Shown here: positions 14,481-27,909 of the stretch, piece by piece
How positions within the stretch are numbered: the first letter of the stretch is position 1
Layout of the letters: each line of letters starts with the position of its first letter
NCBI RefSeq assembly: GCF_004010195.1
Contig: NC_057726.1
Location: 60,842,070 to 60,906,069 of the forward strand
DNA from: Chiloscyllium plagiosum
Lineage: Eukaryota
Reading direction: 5' to 3'
DNA length: 64,000 nucleotides
The notes under the pieces: model-generated
What the model saw: only the letters and a program-made list of their open reading frames with translations
Database searches by the model: none
Told to the model about the DNA's origin: nothing
Program-made: the position numbers and the translations under genes

Positions 14481-14653
14481 AGATTATTGGTGCAAGCCCA
14501 TCACTACCTTTGATTTGTTTACTTGTGTGTGAAAGCTGTTTTTTTCAGGGTAAAGTTACCCTCTTTCTGTATTTGTATTTCATCCCTTCCTTTTATGAAC
14601 GGTCCTGCATTTGCTATCCATGATTGAAAGGTTAAGTGGAAGTGAGTGTTATA

Positions 14654-15128
14654 TAGAGTCATACAGATGTACAGCACAGAAACAGACCCTTCGGTCCAAC
14701 TCGTCCATGCTGACCAGATACCCGGCCCATATCCCTCCAAACCCTTTCTAGTCATATACCCATCCAGATGCCTTTTAAATGTTGCAATTGTACCAGCCTC
14801 CACCACTTCCCCTGGCAGTTCGTTCCATACATGTACCACCCTCTACGTGGAAAAAGTTGCCCCTTGGGTCTCTTTTATATCTTTCCCCTCTCACCATAAA
14901 CCTATGCCCTCTAGTTCTGGACTCTCCAAAGCCCAGGCAAAAGACTTTGCCTATTTATCCTATCCATGTCCCTCATGACTTTATAAATCTCGAAAAGGTC
15001 ACTCCTCAGCCTCTAACACTCTGGGGAAAACAGCCCCAGCCTATTCAACCTCTCCCTAGAGCTCAAATCCTCCAACCCTGGTAATATCCTTGTAAATCCT
15101 TTCTGAACCCTTTCAAGTTTCACAGCAT
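14654..15128 (-). mobile_element. CR1/HER1 LINE 3' fragment
   Basis: VWNELPGEVVEAGTIATFKRHLD and the conserved 3' UTR. Confidence 0.88.
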
Positions 15129-16931
15129 TTTGCTGCTATGTTTCATGATTACCTGGCATGTAATTGGAGTTGCAAAGTGGCTTAATCTATAAAAATAGAT
15201 AGGTTACTCAGTTTGGGGCTTACTAAGTGGAAATGTGTAATGTTTTAGCGCATTCTGTTGTGTTGGAGGGAGAAATATGTTGCTAATATTTTCTGCATTA
15301 AGCTGTGGACTAAGCCAATACATTGTGCAAAAGGAGGTTAGTGCAAGAAAAACAGTACTGTAATACTGATCAGAAGGAAATTTAATTTCTTGATTAGTAT
15401 ATCTGTTTGCCAGACAGTACAAAAGACAGGTGATGCAGTTAATGGTGAGGAAACCTATCTTTGTTCTTGGAAACTCAGTTCAATATTAATGAGAGGGCTG
15501 GCATAAGAAGTATGGGAACAACATTAGTCCCTTGAATCTTTTCTCCCATTCAGAGAAATCATGAATCATCTCAGCCTTAATTCCTTATACTGTACTCACC
15601 TTTGCGCTATATCCTTACTATCTTTGGTTAACAAGCTAATAAGTTTCTGATTTACAAAGACAATTGCATGAGCAATAATTTATCATCCATGGAAGAAAGT
15701 TCCAAACATCTACAATTCTTGTGGGTAGAAGTGCTTGCTGACTCCCGTCCTGAAAAATACATCTCTGGTGTCCTTTCATCTCTCCAAACATAGATCGATT
15801 GTTGCACAGTTGCTGAGGAAACAATTGAGAGTTGAAATGATAGCTCCCTGAAAGTGTTTACCTGGAGGCCAGTTGTGTGACTGCACGTCTATAGCCAGGT
15901 TCACTATTTTTTGGTATTATATTGTATGATGTGTTTTAGTACTATGGGGAGGGAAAAGCTGATGGTAGACTTGAACTACTTATGGTAAGTTTTGCTGCTA
16001 ACCATTCTGTTTGTAAGGAACTCTTGGTAATTATTGTCTAAATTCGTGAGGCTTGAAACCACATTTGTTTCGTGTCAAGTAGGAGGTCTGAAGCTGAGAG
16101 GTTGTTTCCTTCTTGGAAAAGTAGAGGACCAGAGAGCATAATCTCAGTAAGGGTTTTCCGATTTAAAATAAGTTTTTCTGCTTCATCTCTACCTAACCTA
16201 TCAGCACCCTCTCTGCAAATGACATAAAACAGTGTCTCAGTTTTCAGTTTGTTTCTTGCTTCCTAGTTCTGATGACTATAAGATGAAAAACTTCACTTTC
16301 TAGTCTCCTTTTAGCAATGTTTAAGTTCTCTACTGCCGTGCTTTTGTTTCAGACAGATCAGGAGGAATCACCTCCGAGTGTAGTGAATCTGTGGAATTCT
16401 TCATGGAGGGCCTTTGAGGTCGTTGAGTATTTTCAAGGCTGAGACTCATTTTTAATCAGTGAGGGAATTAAGGGTTGACCAATCTGAATGGTAGGCAACT
16501 AGTGTTGAAGGTTATTAGATCAGACATTATCTCATTCAAGAGTGGAACAGATTTGATCAGCTGAATGGCCTATTTCTCCTTCTGTCTTCTTGAGATCTCT
16601 TAGAATTGACTCATTCCAAGTTAACGGGCCTCTCTCAAAGTCCAGAAGATCAGAGTACTTCAGAATTGCACTGCTGACTCATTAACCTGGCGGCTCATTA
16701 GGGCTGCATTGCTTCCCACTTTGAGGCTTGCTTTGCATGTTCATATCCAAGTGTATAGGTTGGTCTTGGACTAGGATCTCAAAGCTCTTTGCTGATATAT
16801 TGACTGTTTTTAACTGTTCAAACATTTGTATGGATCTCTTGGTAACTCACTTAGTCTGTCAAGTATGACAATGGGTTAACTGCAATTTAGACATCCAGCT
16901 GACCAGCGTAACAGGTTCTGATAATTGTGAG

Positions 16932-17240
16932 ATGACTTAAAGACATACAAGGTGATGAGAGGATTAGATAGGGTGGACATTGAGAGCCTTTTTCCATGGA
17001 TAGTGATGGCTAGCACAAGGGGGCACAGCTTTGCATTGGGAGGGGATAGATAGAGGACAGATGTCAAAGGTAGGTTCTTTACTCAAGAGTATTAAGGCCT
17101 GGAATGCCCTACCTGCAACAGTAGTGGACTCGCCAACTTTAAGGGCATTTAAATGGTGATTGGATAAACATATGGATGATAATGGAATAGTGTAGGTCAG
17201 ATGGGCTTCAGATTGATTTCACAGGTCAGTGCAACATCAA
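16932..17240 (+). mobile_element. CR1 LINE 3' fragment
   Basis: Reads TYKVMRGLDRVD...WNALPATVVDS...FKW.LD. Confidence 0.8.
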
Positions 17241-17769
17241 GGAAGGAAGCAACTTATCTTTGTGACATTTTCATATGCTGACAGTCATTCTGAGTGTAGG
17301 TAGTCATTGAGATGTTCAAATTGTCTCTTCATACCATTACAAACATATATAACTCTCCTTTGGCTACAGTTTGACTGCTGTGGTGACAATATTCCAGCAG
17401 AAAATAAGGATTTGAGTCATTCTAATGTGTGGAAGTTGGGATTCCTGGAGTTTTAATTTTAGGGAGTTTTAATTTTTCTAACTAGTTTGACTTGCAACTA
17501 CATTGTCACTTTTTCACTTGTAACTAGTTCAAAATCTGGATCTATCGACACCATCTAGATGGTAATGGTTCAGGGGGTGCTTACCAGGGAAGAGGGGGAC
17601 TAAGCCAGGAAATAAATGCTAGCTTTGTCAGTGATGCCCACATCCTAGGATAGAATACATTTTAAAAATTAACCCAATATTTATCTTGGGGAAATCTTTG
17701 GAATCCATTATTAGGGAAGTAGTAGCAGGAGATGTAGAGAATACTAATACAATTAAGATTTAACGTGGT

Positions 17770-18700
17770 TTTATGAAAGGTCATTATTTGATAAAGAGTT
17801 TCAGATTTATAAGCTTGCTTAGAGGAGGGACAAACAGAATAGATACAGGGGACTTGGGTGGAGTTTTGCATTTCCAAAAGAATTTGATAAGATGTGACAT
17901 TACTGTGCAAGTTCAGAGCTCATGACATTAGGATGGTATATTAGCACGAAAAGGATTGGTTAATTAATTAACCAGACTTACAAGAGAGATGCCACAGAAG
18001 TCAGTGCTGGGTCCTCAATGATTTATAATCTGTTTAATGTGGATGAAGATATAGCGTATAGTATTCAAATTTGTTAATCATGCAAATGTAAGTAAGTTGA
18101 GCAAGTCTGTAATTTAATCTACAGAGGCATACAGGTAAGTGAGTGGGCAAAAAATTGGCACATGGCTTATAATGTAGATGAATAATATTGGTCTGTTTGG
18201 TAGGAAGAATCAAAAAGCAGAATTTGATTTAAGTGGAGGTAAACCACAAAATACTGCAGTATTGAGGAGTCTGGTTAAATCACAAAGTTAACATGCTAGT
18301 ACAGTAATCAGGAACACAAATGAAGTTTTATTCCTTACAGTAATGGGGATGGAGTTTAAAAAAGAGAGAATTCTTGCTACATCTGCATGCAGTGATGGTG
18401 AGACCACACCCAGACTGTGTGCAATTTTTGCTTCCTTACTTTGGAATGTTTGTCCATGTATTGGAGGCAGTGCAGTGGATGTTGAAGGGGGTAATTTCTG
18501 GACCAAATTAATTGTTTTGTAAGAAAAGATGGGCAGGTTGGCCATATACTTAGTGGCGTTTAAAAGGATACAGGGTGATCTTATTGAAGCAATGGAGAGG
18601 GTTTGACAGGATAAATATTGAATGTCCCCCTTATGGGGGAGTCTTGAATTGGAGAGCACAGTTCCAAAGTAAGGAATCTTCTGTTTAACCCAAATGAGGC
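17770..18700 (+). mobile_element. Decayed CR1 LINE fragment
   Basis: Degenerate RT C-terminal motifs (tcagtgctgggtcctca; gagtgggcaaaaaattggca; ggtgagaccacacc). Confidence 0.6.
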
Positions 18701-21168
18701 GGAGCTTAGATCATAAGACATATAAGTAAGAGGACATTCGGTCCATCAGGTCTTCTCTGCTACTCAGTGAGAATGGTTGATCTAATAATCCTCAAGCAAC
18801 CTTGCTTTTTCCCCATAATTCTGGATTCCCTTACTAATTTAAAAATGTCTGTCAGTCTTGATTGTACTTAGCATCTGCAGCTCTCTGTGGTAAAGGATAT
18901 CATAGACTCACTGCCTCATAAGGAAAAAGAAATCCTCCTCCTCTTGTAAATGGGATAACACTTTCAGAATAGGAACAAGCTTTCAACAGCCCCCAGAATG
19001 AATGTTTTCTTTCCAGAAGGTTGCCCCTCATTCTTCCAAACTTGAACATGCGTAGGTCCATTCTGTTGAACAACTTCTCATTAGAAAATCTCTCTGTACC
19101 CAGGATCAACCTTATAAACCTACACTGGATTGCCTCCAATGTCACTGTATATTTCATTAGATTAGAGGGTCAGCTTCTTTACTATGCTTTGTTAATCTTT
19201 GGATTTCTCTCCATTGCAGAAGAGTAGAGGCAGAGTCAATGAATTCTTGAATGCTAGGTTAGATAAATACTTGATTCACAAAGAAATTCAGCATAATAGA
19301 GGCAGGCAGTAGAATTCTATCCATAATTAGATCAGTCGTGAGCTTATTGGTCAGCAGAGCAAGATTGAGAGGCAAAACAGCCTATTTCCCCTGTATCTTA
19401 TGTTGTGATATTTTTTGATTGTTAAATGAACTGCATTTGCCATTCACACCTCGCCTTTCCACCTTCAACTTTCTTTGGGGTTTTACACTGGAACCTACTG
19501 CGATGAGGATTTTTTTAGTCAAGCACCGTCCACAGGAGATTCGGGACCTGCCCGGACACATTAATAGAGCATAGAACAATGGAACATAGAACAGTACAGT
19601 GCAGAACAGGCCCTTCGGCCTTTGATGTTGCGCTGACCTGTGAACTAATCTAAGCCCATACTCCTACGCAATCCCATCATCATCCATGTGCTTATCCAAG
19701 GATTGTTTAAATCTCCCTAAGTGTCTATTTTCTTTATCAATCTGGTTAAAGAATTTTCACTGAGCATGAAGTCTGAACGAGGAAATATAAAATAGAATAT
19801 TTAATTTGATTTGGAATCCATATACAGAAATTAAAACAAAATCTAAATAGTTCCAAAGACTCAACACCCTGAGTGTGTACATTTCTTGGTCCTAGATTGC
19901 CAACCTCTTGTGCCATTCATAGTTACTTAAATTGGAATTGACCTGCCGTGATTATGCAGGAGTGTTATATCTGTCACTTCAGTAAAGCATATCTTTTTTT
20001 GTCTACAACATTCTAAGGCAACTCTCATTGCCACATAGTTCTGATGAAGAGTCATCGGACTTAAAACATTAACTCAGCTTTCTCTCCGCAGATGCTGCCA
20101 GACCTGCTGATTTTCACCAGCAATTTCTGGTTTTGTTTCTGACAGCCATGTCCTGATTCCACATTTAATTGCATATGCAGCATCACTTATGTTTGTATGC
20201 TGTGAATTTAAATAACTGAACATTGGCAAGAGTGGCAGGGAAGCTAGCAAAAATCTAGACTGTTGCTTTCAGTCTTGCTTTTAGTCATCAGATTCTCCCC
20301 GGAATTTGGAAAATACATGATGCAATATGAGCTAGATTTTCAGCACATCTGAGGAGATATTCACACTTTTCTCAAAGTTGATCTATTCTAACCTTTATTT
20401 AAAATAGAGGATTTTTAAGTCAAGTTCATACATTTTCGAATTAACAGCTTTTGTTTTGTCTAATGTTTTTGAAATGCAGTTGATGAAATTGCAATCTGCC
20501 TCTGTCATTCTGGAAACTACCTAATGATGCACGAGCAGTGTTAATGACTTGAGTTTCGATTTATATTTAAACTCAGTTGACTTCCTTTGATATAGTGATG
20601 TCTTGCATCTGGCTATTTAGCAATGCATTTGTAGCATTCCAAATGTTTTGCTTCTAAAAATGCTCAATAATTTTCTGAAAAGAGAAAGCCAGGCAGTTTA
20701 TTTTGCTTGAATTAAAACCTCACATTTGCAAATAAGATACATTAGCTACTTGTATTTGGGGTGTTTTATTTAATCACAATGTGCTTTATCAATGTTATGG
20801 ACATTATAAAACAATTTCTGACAGTCTACCATGAGATGTTGGGGCAGATGACCAAAACCTGACCAGGGAGGTTATGTTGGGGAGTATCTTAGAGAAGTTT
20901 AGGAAGGAAATTACGGAGCTAGATCTTGGTTGCAGTTAAGTCAGGGGTGCTAAAGGATATTTTTGATTATGGGGCTAGAAGCAATTGCAGAGATAAGGAC
21001 CAAAATAGTAAAAGGATTTGAGTGTGAAAAAGGTCAGAAGTTTAAAACTGAGGCTGTGCTGAACTGGGAGCCAATTTAGGCAAGGAAGCTAATGAGTGAT
21101 TTGGACTTGTCGCAAGTTAGGACTCCGACAGAGTTTTTGGATGATGTCAAGTTTATATGTGATAGTGT

Positions 21169-21395
21169 TGTTGTGGTTCTGTTCACCGAGCTGGGAATTT
21201 GTGTTGCTGACGTTTCGTCCCCTGTCTAGGTGACATCCTCAGTGCTTGCTAGCCTCCTGTGAAGCGCTTCTGTGATCTTTCCTCTGGCATTTGTAGTGGT
21301 TTGAATCTGCCGCTTCCGGTTGCCAGTTCCAGCTGTTCAGTTGCAGTGGTCGGTATATTGGGTCCAGATTGATGTGCTTATTGATTGAATCTGTG
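21169..21395 (-). mobile_element. PLE family B terminal-repeat fragment (single arm)
   Basis: Near-identical to the left arm at 26310-26510; contains a hammerhead motif. Confidence 0.8.
21206..21245 (-). ncRNA. Minimal hammerhead ribozyme motif (one stem I mismatch)
   Basis: Reverse complement: gca-CTGAGGA-T-GTCACCT agac AGGGGAC-GAAA-CG-TC-agc. Confidence 0.6.
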
Positions 21396-21854
21396 GTAGT
21401 GTGCTAGAGTACTTTGGAATAGTCAAGTCTAAAGACAGCAGAAGGTTGGGTGAGAATTTTGGCAGCACACATGCTAAATAAAGGCTGAAGATGCGGGTGC
21501 TGCAGAGATGAAAATATTTGGCCTCTGATCTCAAAGTATGCATACAGCTACAATTACTTACGTTCTCCGAGTCAATACTTAAGCAAAGATCTTAGACTGG
21601 CCAGTATCGTAGCTAAATGTCACATCACACTAAATGACTCTACATTACTGATGAGCAAAGCTCAGTTGCTAGCAAGATACCAAATTTATAATTTTAGTAC
21701 TGTATGGATTTCCATATAATTAACTTCTCTAGAAATCTTGCTTCATGTGAATCTTTATTTTTAAACAGAAGCATGCAACAGGATGGAGTGAAAAGGCCCA
21801 ACTCAGAATGGCAAAAGGCCATTTTTAAACTATGATGCAGAGCTGCTGGTCTTA

Positions 21855-23050
21855 TACTGGGGTGGATAAAGCCAGAAGTCATATGACAATAGGTCTTAGT
21901 CCAACAGGTTTATTTGAAATCTCAAACTTTCGGAGTGTAGCACCTTCGTCAGGTGAACTGAGAGAAGCACACAGGCACAAAATTTATAGGTAGAGAGATC
22001 AAATGATCGTACAATGGTATGAGCGGAGTGTCAAATAATAAGTCTCTACACATGATCAAAAGTGTCACAGTGTGAGTAAAGTGTGAACAGCTGAATAACA
22101 AGCAAAGGGTTACTTATTGTCTGATGAAATGAGGCAGAGAGGTCATTACAAAAAAATTAAAATTAAGGTGCTGAAGATAAACCAAATGACTGGAATAACA
22201 AGTATAAGAGTTGCATGCTGAGAGTCTAACCAAAGTAGAAAGTAATGCCAAACCATACAAACTAATTAAGATAGAGAGATCATAACAATTTATGAAGGTG
22301 ATGGTGTCAAAACAGGACAGTAAGGAAGATTTTACAGATACAGAACAGTGTAGTGGGGTCACACGTAGCATGACATGCACCCACGGTCACAGTTAAGACA
22401 GTCTTCATGGGTACAGAACTTGGCTATCAGTTTCTGCTTGGCGATTCTGCATTCTTATGCATCTCAAAGGCCGCTTACCTGAAGATCATAGCAGTGCTTG
22501 ACAGTTGAAGTGTTCCCTGACTGAAAGGGAATATTCCTAACTGGCGATTGTTGCATGGTGTCCATGCATTCATTGTCATAAGGTCTGCATGGTCTCACTG
22601 AAATATCATGCTTTGGGGAATCCTTGCCTGCAGCATATGAGACAACATTGGCCGAGTCGCATGAGTATCTGCTGTGTACGTGTTGGGTGGTGTTCTCACA
22701 CATGATGGTAGTATTCAAGTCGATGATCTGATGTGTCTTGCAAGTTTGTGTGGTGTTGTGGTCGATGTTGTCCTGAAGGTTGAGTAGTTTGCTGCGAATG
22801 ATGGTCTGCTTAAGGTTGGGCGGTTGTTTGAAGGTGAGAAGTGGAGGCATAGGGATAATCTTGGTGAGATGCTCATCGTCATTGATGACATGATGAAGGC
22901 TGTGAAGAACATGGCGTAGTTTCTCCACTCCGGGGAAGCACTGGAAAATGAATGGTACTCCATTAATCCTTGCCTTCTGAGGAGTACATTGCAGTTTTTT
23001 GTTGTGGCATGTCAGAAATGGTGATCAATAAGTTGAGCATCGTATCCCAT
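21855..23050 (-). mobile_element. Penelope-like element (family C), 5'-truncated, with GIY-YIG remnant
   Basis: ORF 22464-22928 reads PPLLTFKQPPNLKQTIIRSKL...YSCDSANVV. The terminus near 21860-21960 is homologous to 23750-23870 and has a decayed hammerhead. Confidence 0.75.
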
Positions 23051-23688
23051 TCTTTTAGGCTGCTAATGATGTGCCAACCTATTTAGCTTATTCTGTTGTT
23101 TAGTTCTATGTATAGCACCCATTCTAACCATTTTGATCCTCACTTGTCATGATATCAAGCCATTCTGTTCAAACGTACAAAATTATTAAAGGCTTGACAG
23201 AGTAGATGCAAGAAGGATATTTTGCCTGGCTGGGATCATGACCCAGGGGTCACAGTCTCAGAATCAGGGGCAGGTCATTTATGACTGAGGTGAGGAATTT
23301 CTTGGTGAATTCCTTGTCCCAGAGGGCTGTGGAGACTCAGCCATTGAGTATAATCAAGACTAAGATCAAAATATTTCTACATCATTGAAAACATTGAGTA
23401 TGGGGATTTTGCTGAAAAATCATGTTGCATTAGGCCTCATAGAACGGGGCCTAAAGGGCTGAAAGGCCTACTTCTATTTCTTACGTTTCTGGTTGACTTT
23501 GAGCATTGCAATTTTAATTTGATTATTTCTCATCCACTCTCAATAGTTACCTTTTTATAGGTTACTCTCCAGGGGTGTTACATCATTTGTAAATCATGTT
23601 AAGATGACTTTTATCTCTGGCTATTTTCCAACAAACATGCAAAATGTTTTGTAAAGCCATTTTGGCATAAAGGCTTTCTTGCTAAATC

Positions 23689-23874
23689 TTTCTTACATCA
23701 CACTGCAAATTTTTGCTATCAATTCTGTGTTACGATCGAGCCCTCCACAATCACCTGATGAAGGAGCGTCGCTCCGAAAGCTAGTGTGCTTCCAATTAAA
23801 CCTGTTGGACTATAACCAGGTGTTGTGATTTTTAACTTTGTACACCTCAGTCCAACACCGGCATCTCCAAATCA
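23689..23874 (+). mobile_element. PLE family C 3'-terminal fragment with 10 bp TSD
   Basis: TTGCTAAATC occurs at 23679-23688 and 23875-23884; homologous to 62260-62380. Confidence 0.8.
23752..23786 (+). ncRNA. Minimal type-I hammerhead ribozyme motif, intact
   Basis: cac-CTGATGA-A-GGAGC gtc GCTCC-GAAA-GC-TA-gtg. Stems I and II pair perfectly and a palindromic AGCT replaces stem III. Confidence 0.75.
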
Positions 23875-26345
23875 TTGCTAAATCATGTTTAGCTGAAGGA
23901 TTCCTTGAGTTGTCATACTAGTAAGTAACTTCATAAGTAACATTTCTATTATTTACTTTCTCTTTGCCTTTTGAGATGAGACAGTATTTCCCTTCCTCTG
24001 ACTCTTCCTTATTTAAAAGAGCTACCATTAATGCCCATTAAACCTGTTCTGTTGTCTACCTTTTTACACAGTGGTCAAGACTGTGGTTACATTGTAATTT
24101 ATCAATATCACTTCCTTCAAACTCCTTTGGTTTTTAACAATACAGTCTTACCATATGACAAAATGTTTATCTCATGACTTAATTAGTATTATTATAAACT
24201 TGGAATCAGTTCACCAATGCAGCCATACTATTGATACTGAGCAACACATACCGGGGAGAGTTGAAATCCATTATATACCAAAAGGCTCATTATTGCAAGA
24301 GTGAAGATTAAGTGGCACGCACGCTTCTTTTGCTTACATGCTGATTGTGGGCCAGTAGCCCAGAATGCCCCAAAGAGCTTGCAATTGCATGGATCCTCCA
24401 GTGACATGTTACTGGCATCTGGTGACAGGTGAGAAAATCAAATTATTGTTCATGCTTGTACATCATTATTCTAGGTGAGTGGTAAGTAGCTAACATATGA
24501 ATGAACACGAAAAACTTCTTCTTTTCAGCCTGCTCTACCATTAAACAAGATCATGGCTGATCTGATTTTAATCTTAACTCTATATTCCTGTATTCTCCTG
24601 ATATAATTTCATTTTCTTGGTAATCAAGAGCCTATCTATTTCTTCCATAAAAATATTTGAAGACCTTGCATCCATTGCCTTTTAGGGATGGGAATTCTAA
24701 ACACTGATTGGTCTGAGAGAAAAAATAACTCCTCACCTGTTTTAAACGAACAGCCCCTTAGTTTAAAACTGTAATCCCTTGTTCTAGACTCTCCCACAAG
24801 TGAAAACCCTTTCCAACATTCATCTTGTCAAGTCCCCTCAAGGTCGTGTTTATTTCAATTAAGTTGTCTCTTGACTCTTCTAAACCCTAGTAGATACAGT
24901 TTCCAGCCTGTCAAGCCTTCCTTGATTACTTGCTGTATCACCATGCTAACCTCCTTTACTTCATGCACCAATCCACCCAGATCTCTCTGCCTCTAAGAGC
25001 TCTGCAACCTACCTCCATTTAGATGATATGCTTTTTAAAAAAATTTTCTACCAAAATGGACAACTTCACACTTTGACATTTTACTCCATTTGCCAGATCT
25101 TTGCTCACTCACTTAACCTACCTATATCCTTTGTAGGCTTGTTATATCCTCTTCACAATTCACTCTCTGGTCTTATTTGTGACATCAGCAAATTTAGCTG
25201 CTATTCCTTCAACCAGATCATTGATATAAACTGTAAAGAGTTGAGATCTGTGGGATCGTGTTCAAATAATAACCAAATCAGTGAGTGGCAAAAATAGCCT
25301 CCTTTATTCAGCAACCGCAAGTAGCGCGAGTACAAGGTGGTAATAAAATCCCGAAAACAGTGGTTACAATAGCCTATTACACACAGTCCTTACATATAAT
25401 TAAAATTCCATTACTATGGTGTTACCTTTTATCTATAGTACACACAGGATGTAGGGGCTCTGCCCTGGGAGGCAGGAGATGGGTTAAAATGTGCTAAATT
25501 CTGGCAGCTACTTCTGGTGGGATTAAGAGTGTCCCTCCAGTCTGCCTTCATAATTAAGAAGTGTTATTCCTTTTGTCTTTTAAGTTAGTTAATGTTAGTA
25601 AAATAAAAATTAGGCCTACATGCTCTAAATAAGTTAGAAATTGTACCTGTGCTTAATGAAAGTAAAGGATATTAAATTGATTACCACAGCTGGGTTGTGA
25701 GATTTGTTTACTATTTGGCTGTGTAAGGTTCATTCATGCTATTTTATGGAAACGCTGTTTTGTCAGTTATTTTCTTGAAGGGATAACTGCCCAGTTAAAA
25801 GGTATTCAACAAGTACATACTGATTGAAGAAGCTGTTTGATGTTCTGTAATCTATTCAGGGCCAAGAGATGGTTGGTCAGGTCTGATTAATATTATAATG
25901 TTTTGTTGCGACCTAATGGGGATGGTGTGGGTTGCGATATTGACGTCTCTTCAGAAGTAACAAGGGCTGATAAGGTGTGAAAATGCAGTCATGGGTTTGA
26001 AAGGGTTGTTTTAAGTTTGGTCTATTTTATGATAGTGAATTTTACTACAGAGCCACAATTTTACAAATGAATGAAAACTGTTATTAGTAGGGAGTTGTGA
26101 ATGAAATAGGAATGCAGTGTTCACTTGAGTGGGTTAGTAAAGGAGTTATCAATGAATAAGCATAAACTGGGTTAGTCAAGGGTCCTAGAATACAATGTCT
26201 CTCAGATCCCAGCACTGACCGTTGTGATGTGCCACTCATGACATCCTGCAAGATTGAAATTGACCTATTTATTACTACTCTGATTCATGTTAAGCAACCA
26301 ATCTTTTTTGTTGTGGTTCTGTTCACCGAGCTGGGAATTTGTGTT

Positions 26346-26385
26346 GCAGACGTTTCGTCCCCTGTCTAGGTGACATCCTCAGTGC
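26346..26385 (-). ncRNA. Minimal type-I hammerhead ribozyme motif, intact
   Basis: Reverse complement: gca-CTGAGGA-T-GTCACCT agac AGGGGAC-GAAA-CG-TC-tgc, with palindromic ACGT. Confidence 0.75.
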
Positions 26386-26612
26386 TTGGGATCCTCCTGT
26401 GAAGCGCTTCTGTGATGTTTCCTCCGGCATTTATAGTGGTTTGTCTCTGCTGCTTCCGGTTGTCAGTTCCAGCTGTCCACTGCAGTGGCTGGTATATTGG
26501 GTCCAGGTCGATCTGCAGCGGACAGCTGGAACTGACAACCGGAAGCGGCAGATACAAATCACTACAAATGCTGGAGGAAACATCACAGAAGTGCTTCACA
26601 GGAGTCTCCCAA

Positions 26613-26652
26613 GCACTGAGGATGTCACCTAGACAGGGGATGAAACATCTGC
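26613..26652 (+). ncRNA. Hammerhead motif, CpG-decayed copy
   Basis: gca-CTGAGGA-T-GTCACCT agac AGGGGAT-GAAA-CA-TC-tgc; the ACGT palindrome is lost. Confidence 0.45.
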
Positions 26653-27909
26653 AACACAAATTCCCAGCTCGGCGAACAGAACCACAACAACGAGCACCCG
26701 AGCTACAAATCTTCTCCCAAACTTTGAATCTTCTTTTTGCCACTGTTACATCCAAAGCCATGAGCTTTTATCCAGTAACCTTAGATGTGGCATCTTATCA
26801 AATACCTTCTTGAAATATCAGTACAATATATCTACTGCTACCCCTTTATCCACAGCACAGGTTACATTTTCAAAGAACTCTAATAAATTAGTTAAGTGTG
26901 ATTTCCTTTGACAAGACCATGTTGGTTCTGTCTGACTTTCCTTGAACCTATCCAAGTATCCTGTTATAACATCTTTAATAATTTTAACAGATTTTAAGTG
27001 AACTGGCCTGTAGTTTTCTGTTATTTGCTCCCTCTCTTTTTGAATTCAGAAGTTATATTAACTATTCTAATCAAAAGGATCATTCCCCAAAAGTTAAAAC
27101 CAGTGCATCAACATCTTCCTGGTAAGACCCTAGGATGAAATCCATTAGCACCCAGTGACTTATCAACTTATAGTTCAACAACTTTCTCCATAATACTAAT
27201 TGTAATTTTCTTGAGTTCCTCTCTCCCTTTCAATTCTTGATTTACAACCATTTCCGAGGTGTTATTTGTATCGTCTCTAGTGAAGACTGATACAAAGCTA
27301 GCTTGTAGCTAATGGCTGTTGAGAAATTGTGCTTGAAATGCTCTAGCTTGTGGGAAGAGATACTTGCTGACTTGATCTGGGAACTGAGATGCAGCTGTTC
27401 AGATTAACTAAACCAGTGTTCCAAAGAAATCCTTAATCTGGGATGTAACAGCCTTGGGATGTGCAACCACAGGAGAAAAAGCTGCATGAAAATACTTGTG
27501 GAGTTAAAGCCATCTGCATTGAAATGGGAGATCTTTTATAATTGTTTCCAGATAAATCATTATCCATTAAATCCTTTTGATCTCAGTTCAATGCAAAATA
27601 ACTTGTAATAATTGTTTACTATGTTAATCAAATTTTGCAATATTAATTTTGGTTTTAAGACCTTTTAACAGAAATTTCAAATCTGGGTAAATTATACACG
27701 TGATGGGTAGTTGTGCCCCTACGTTTGAGTGAAGAGACCTGGGTTCAAGTCCCACTATTTCAAAGGTGCGTCATAACATCTCTGAACAGCTGAAAATATC
27801 TGAAATGTGTCCAGTATAATATTTAATTTCCTTTGTAGCTACTGTCTTTTAGTATCTGATGCCTGTTGGCGAGATTGCAGAGTTGTCAACATACATGACT
27901 GTGTGTCAA

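Larger units (their letters stand above)
26310..26726. mobile_element. Palindromic PLE family B insertion (two inverted terminal arms)
   Basis: Arm 26310-26485 is the reverse complement of 26513-26690, followed by a one-sided tail cgagcacccgagctacaaatcttctcccaaactt. Imperfect TSD aatctt(c)ttttg. Confidence 0.85.

Noticed and set aside
26310-26726. DNA-transposon MITE or pre-miRNA interpretation of the palindrome
   Set aside because: The arms are homologous to PLE 3' termini linked to GIY-YIG coding sequence elsewhere in the window, and they are asymmetric.
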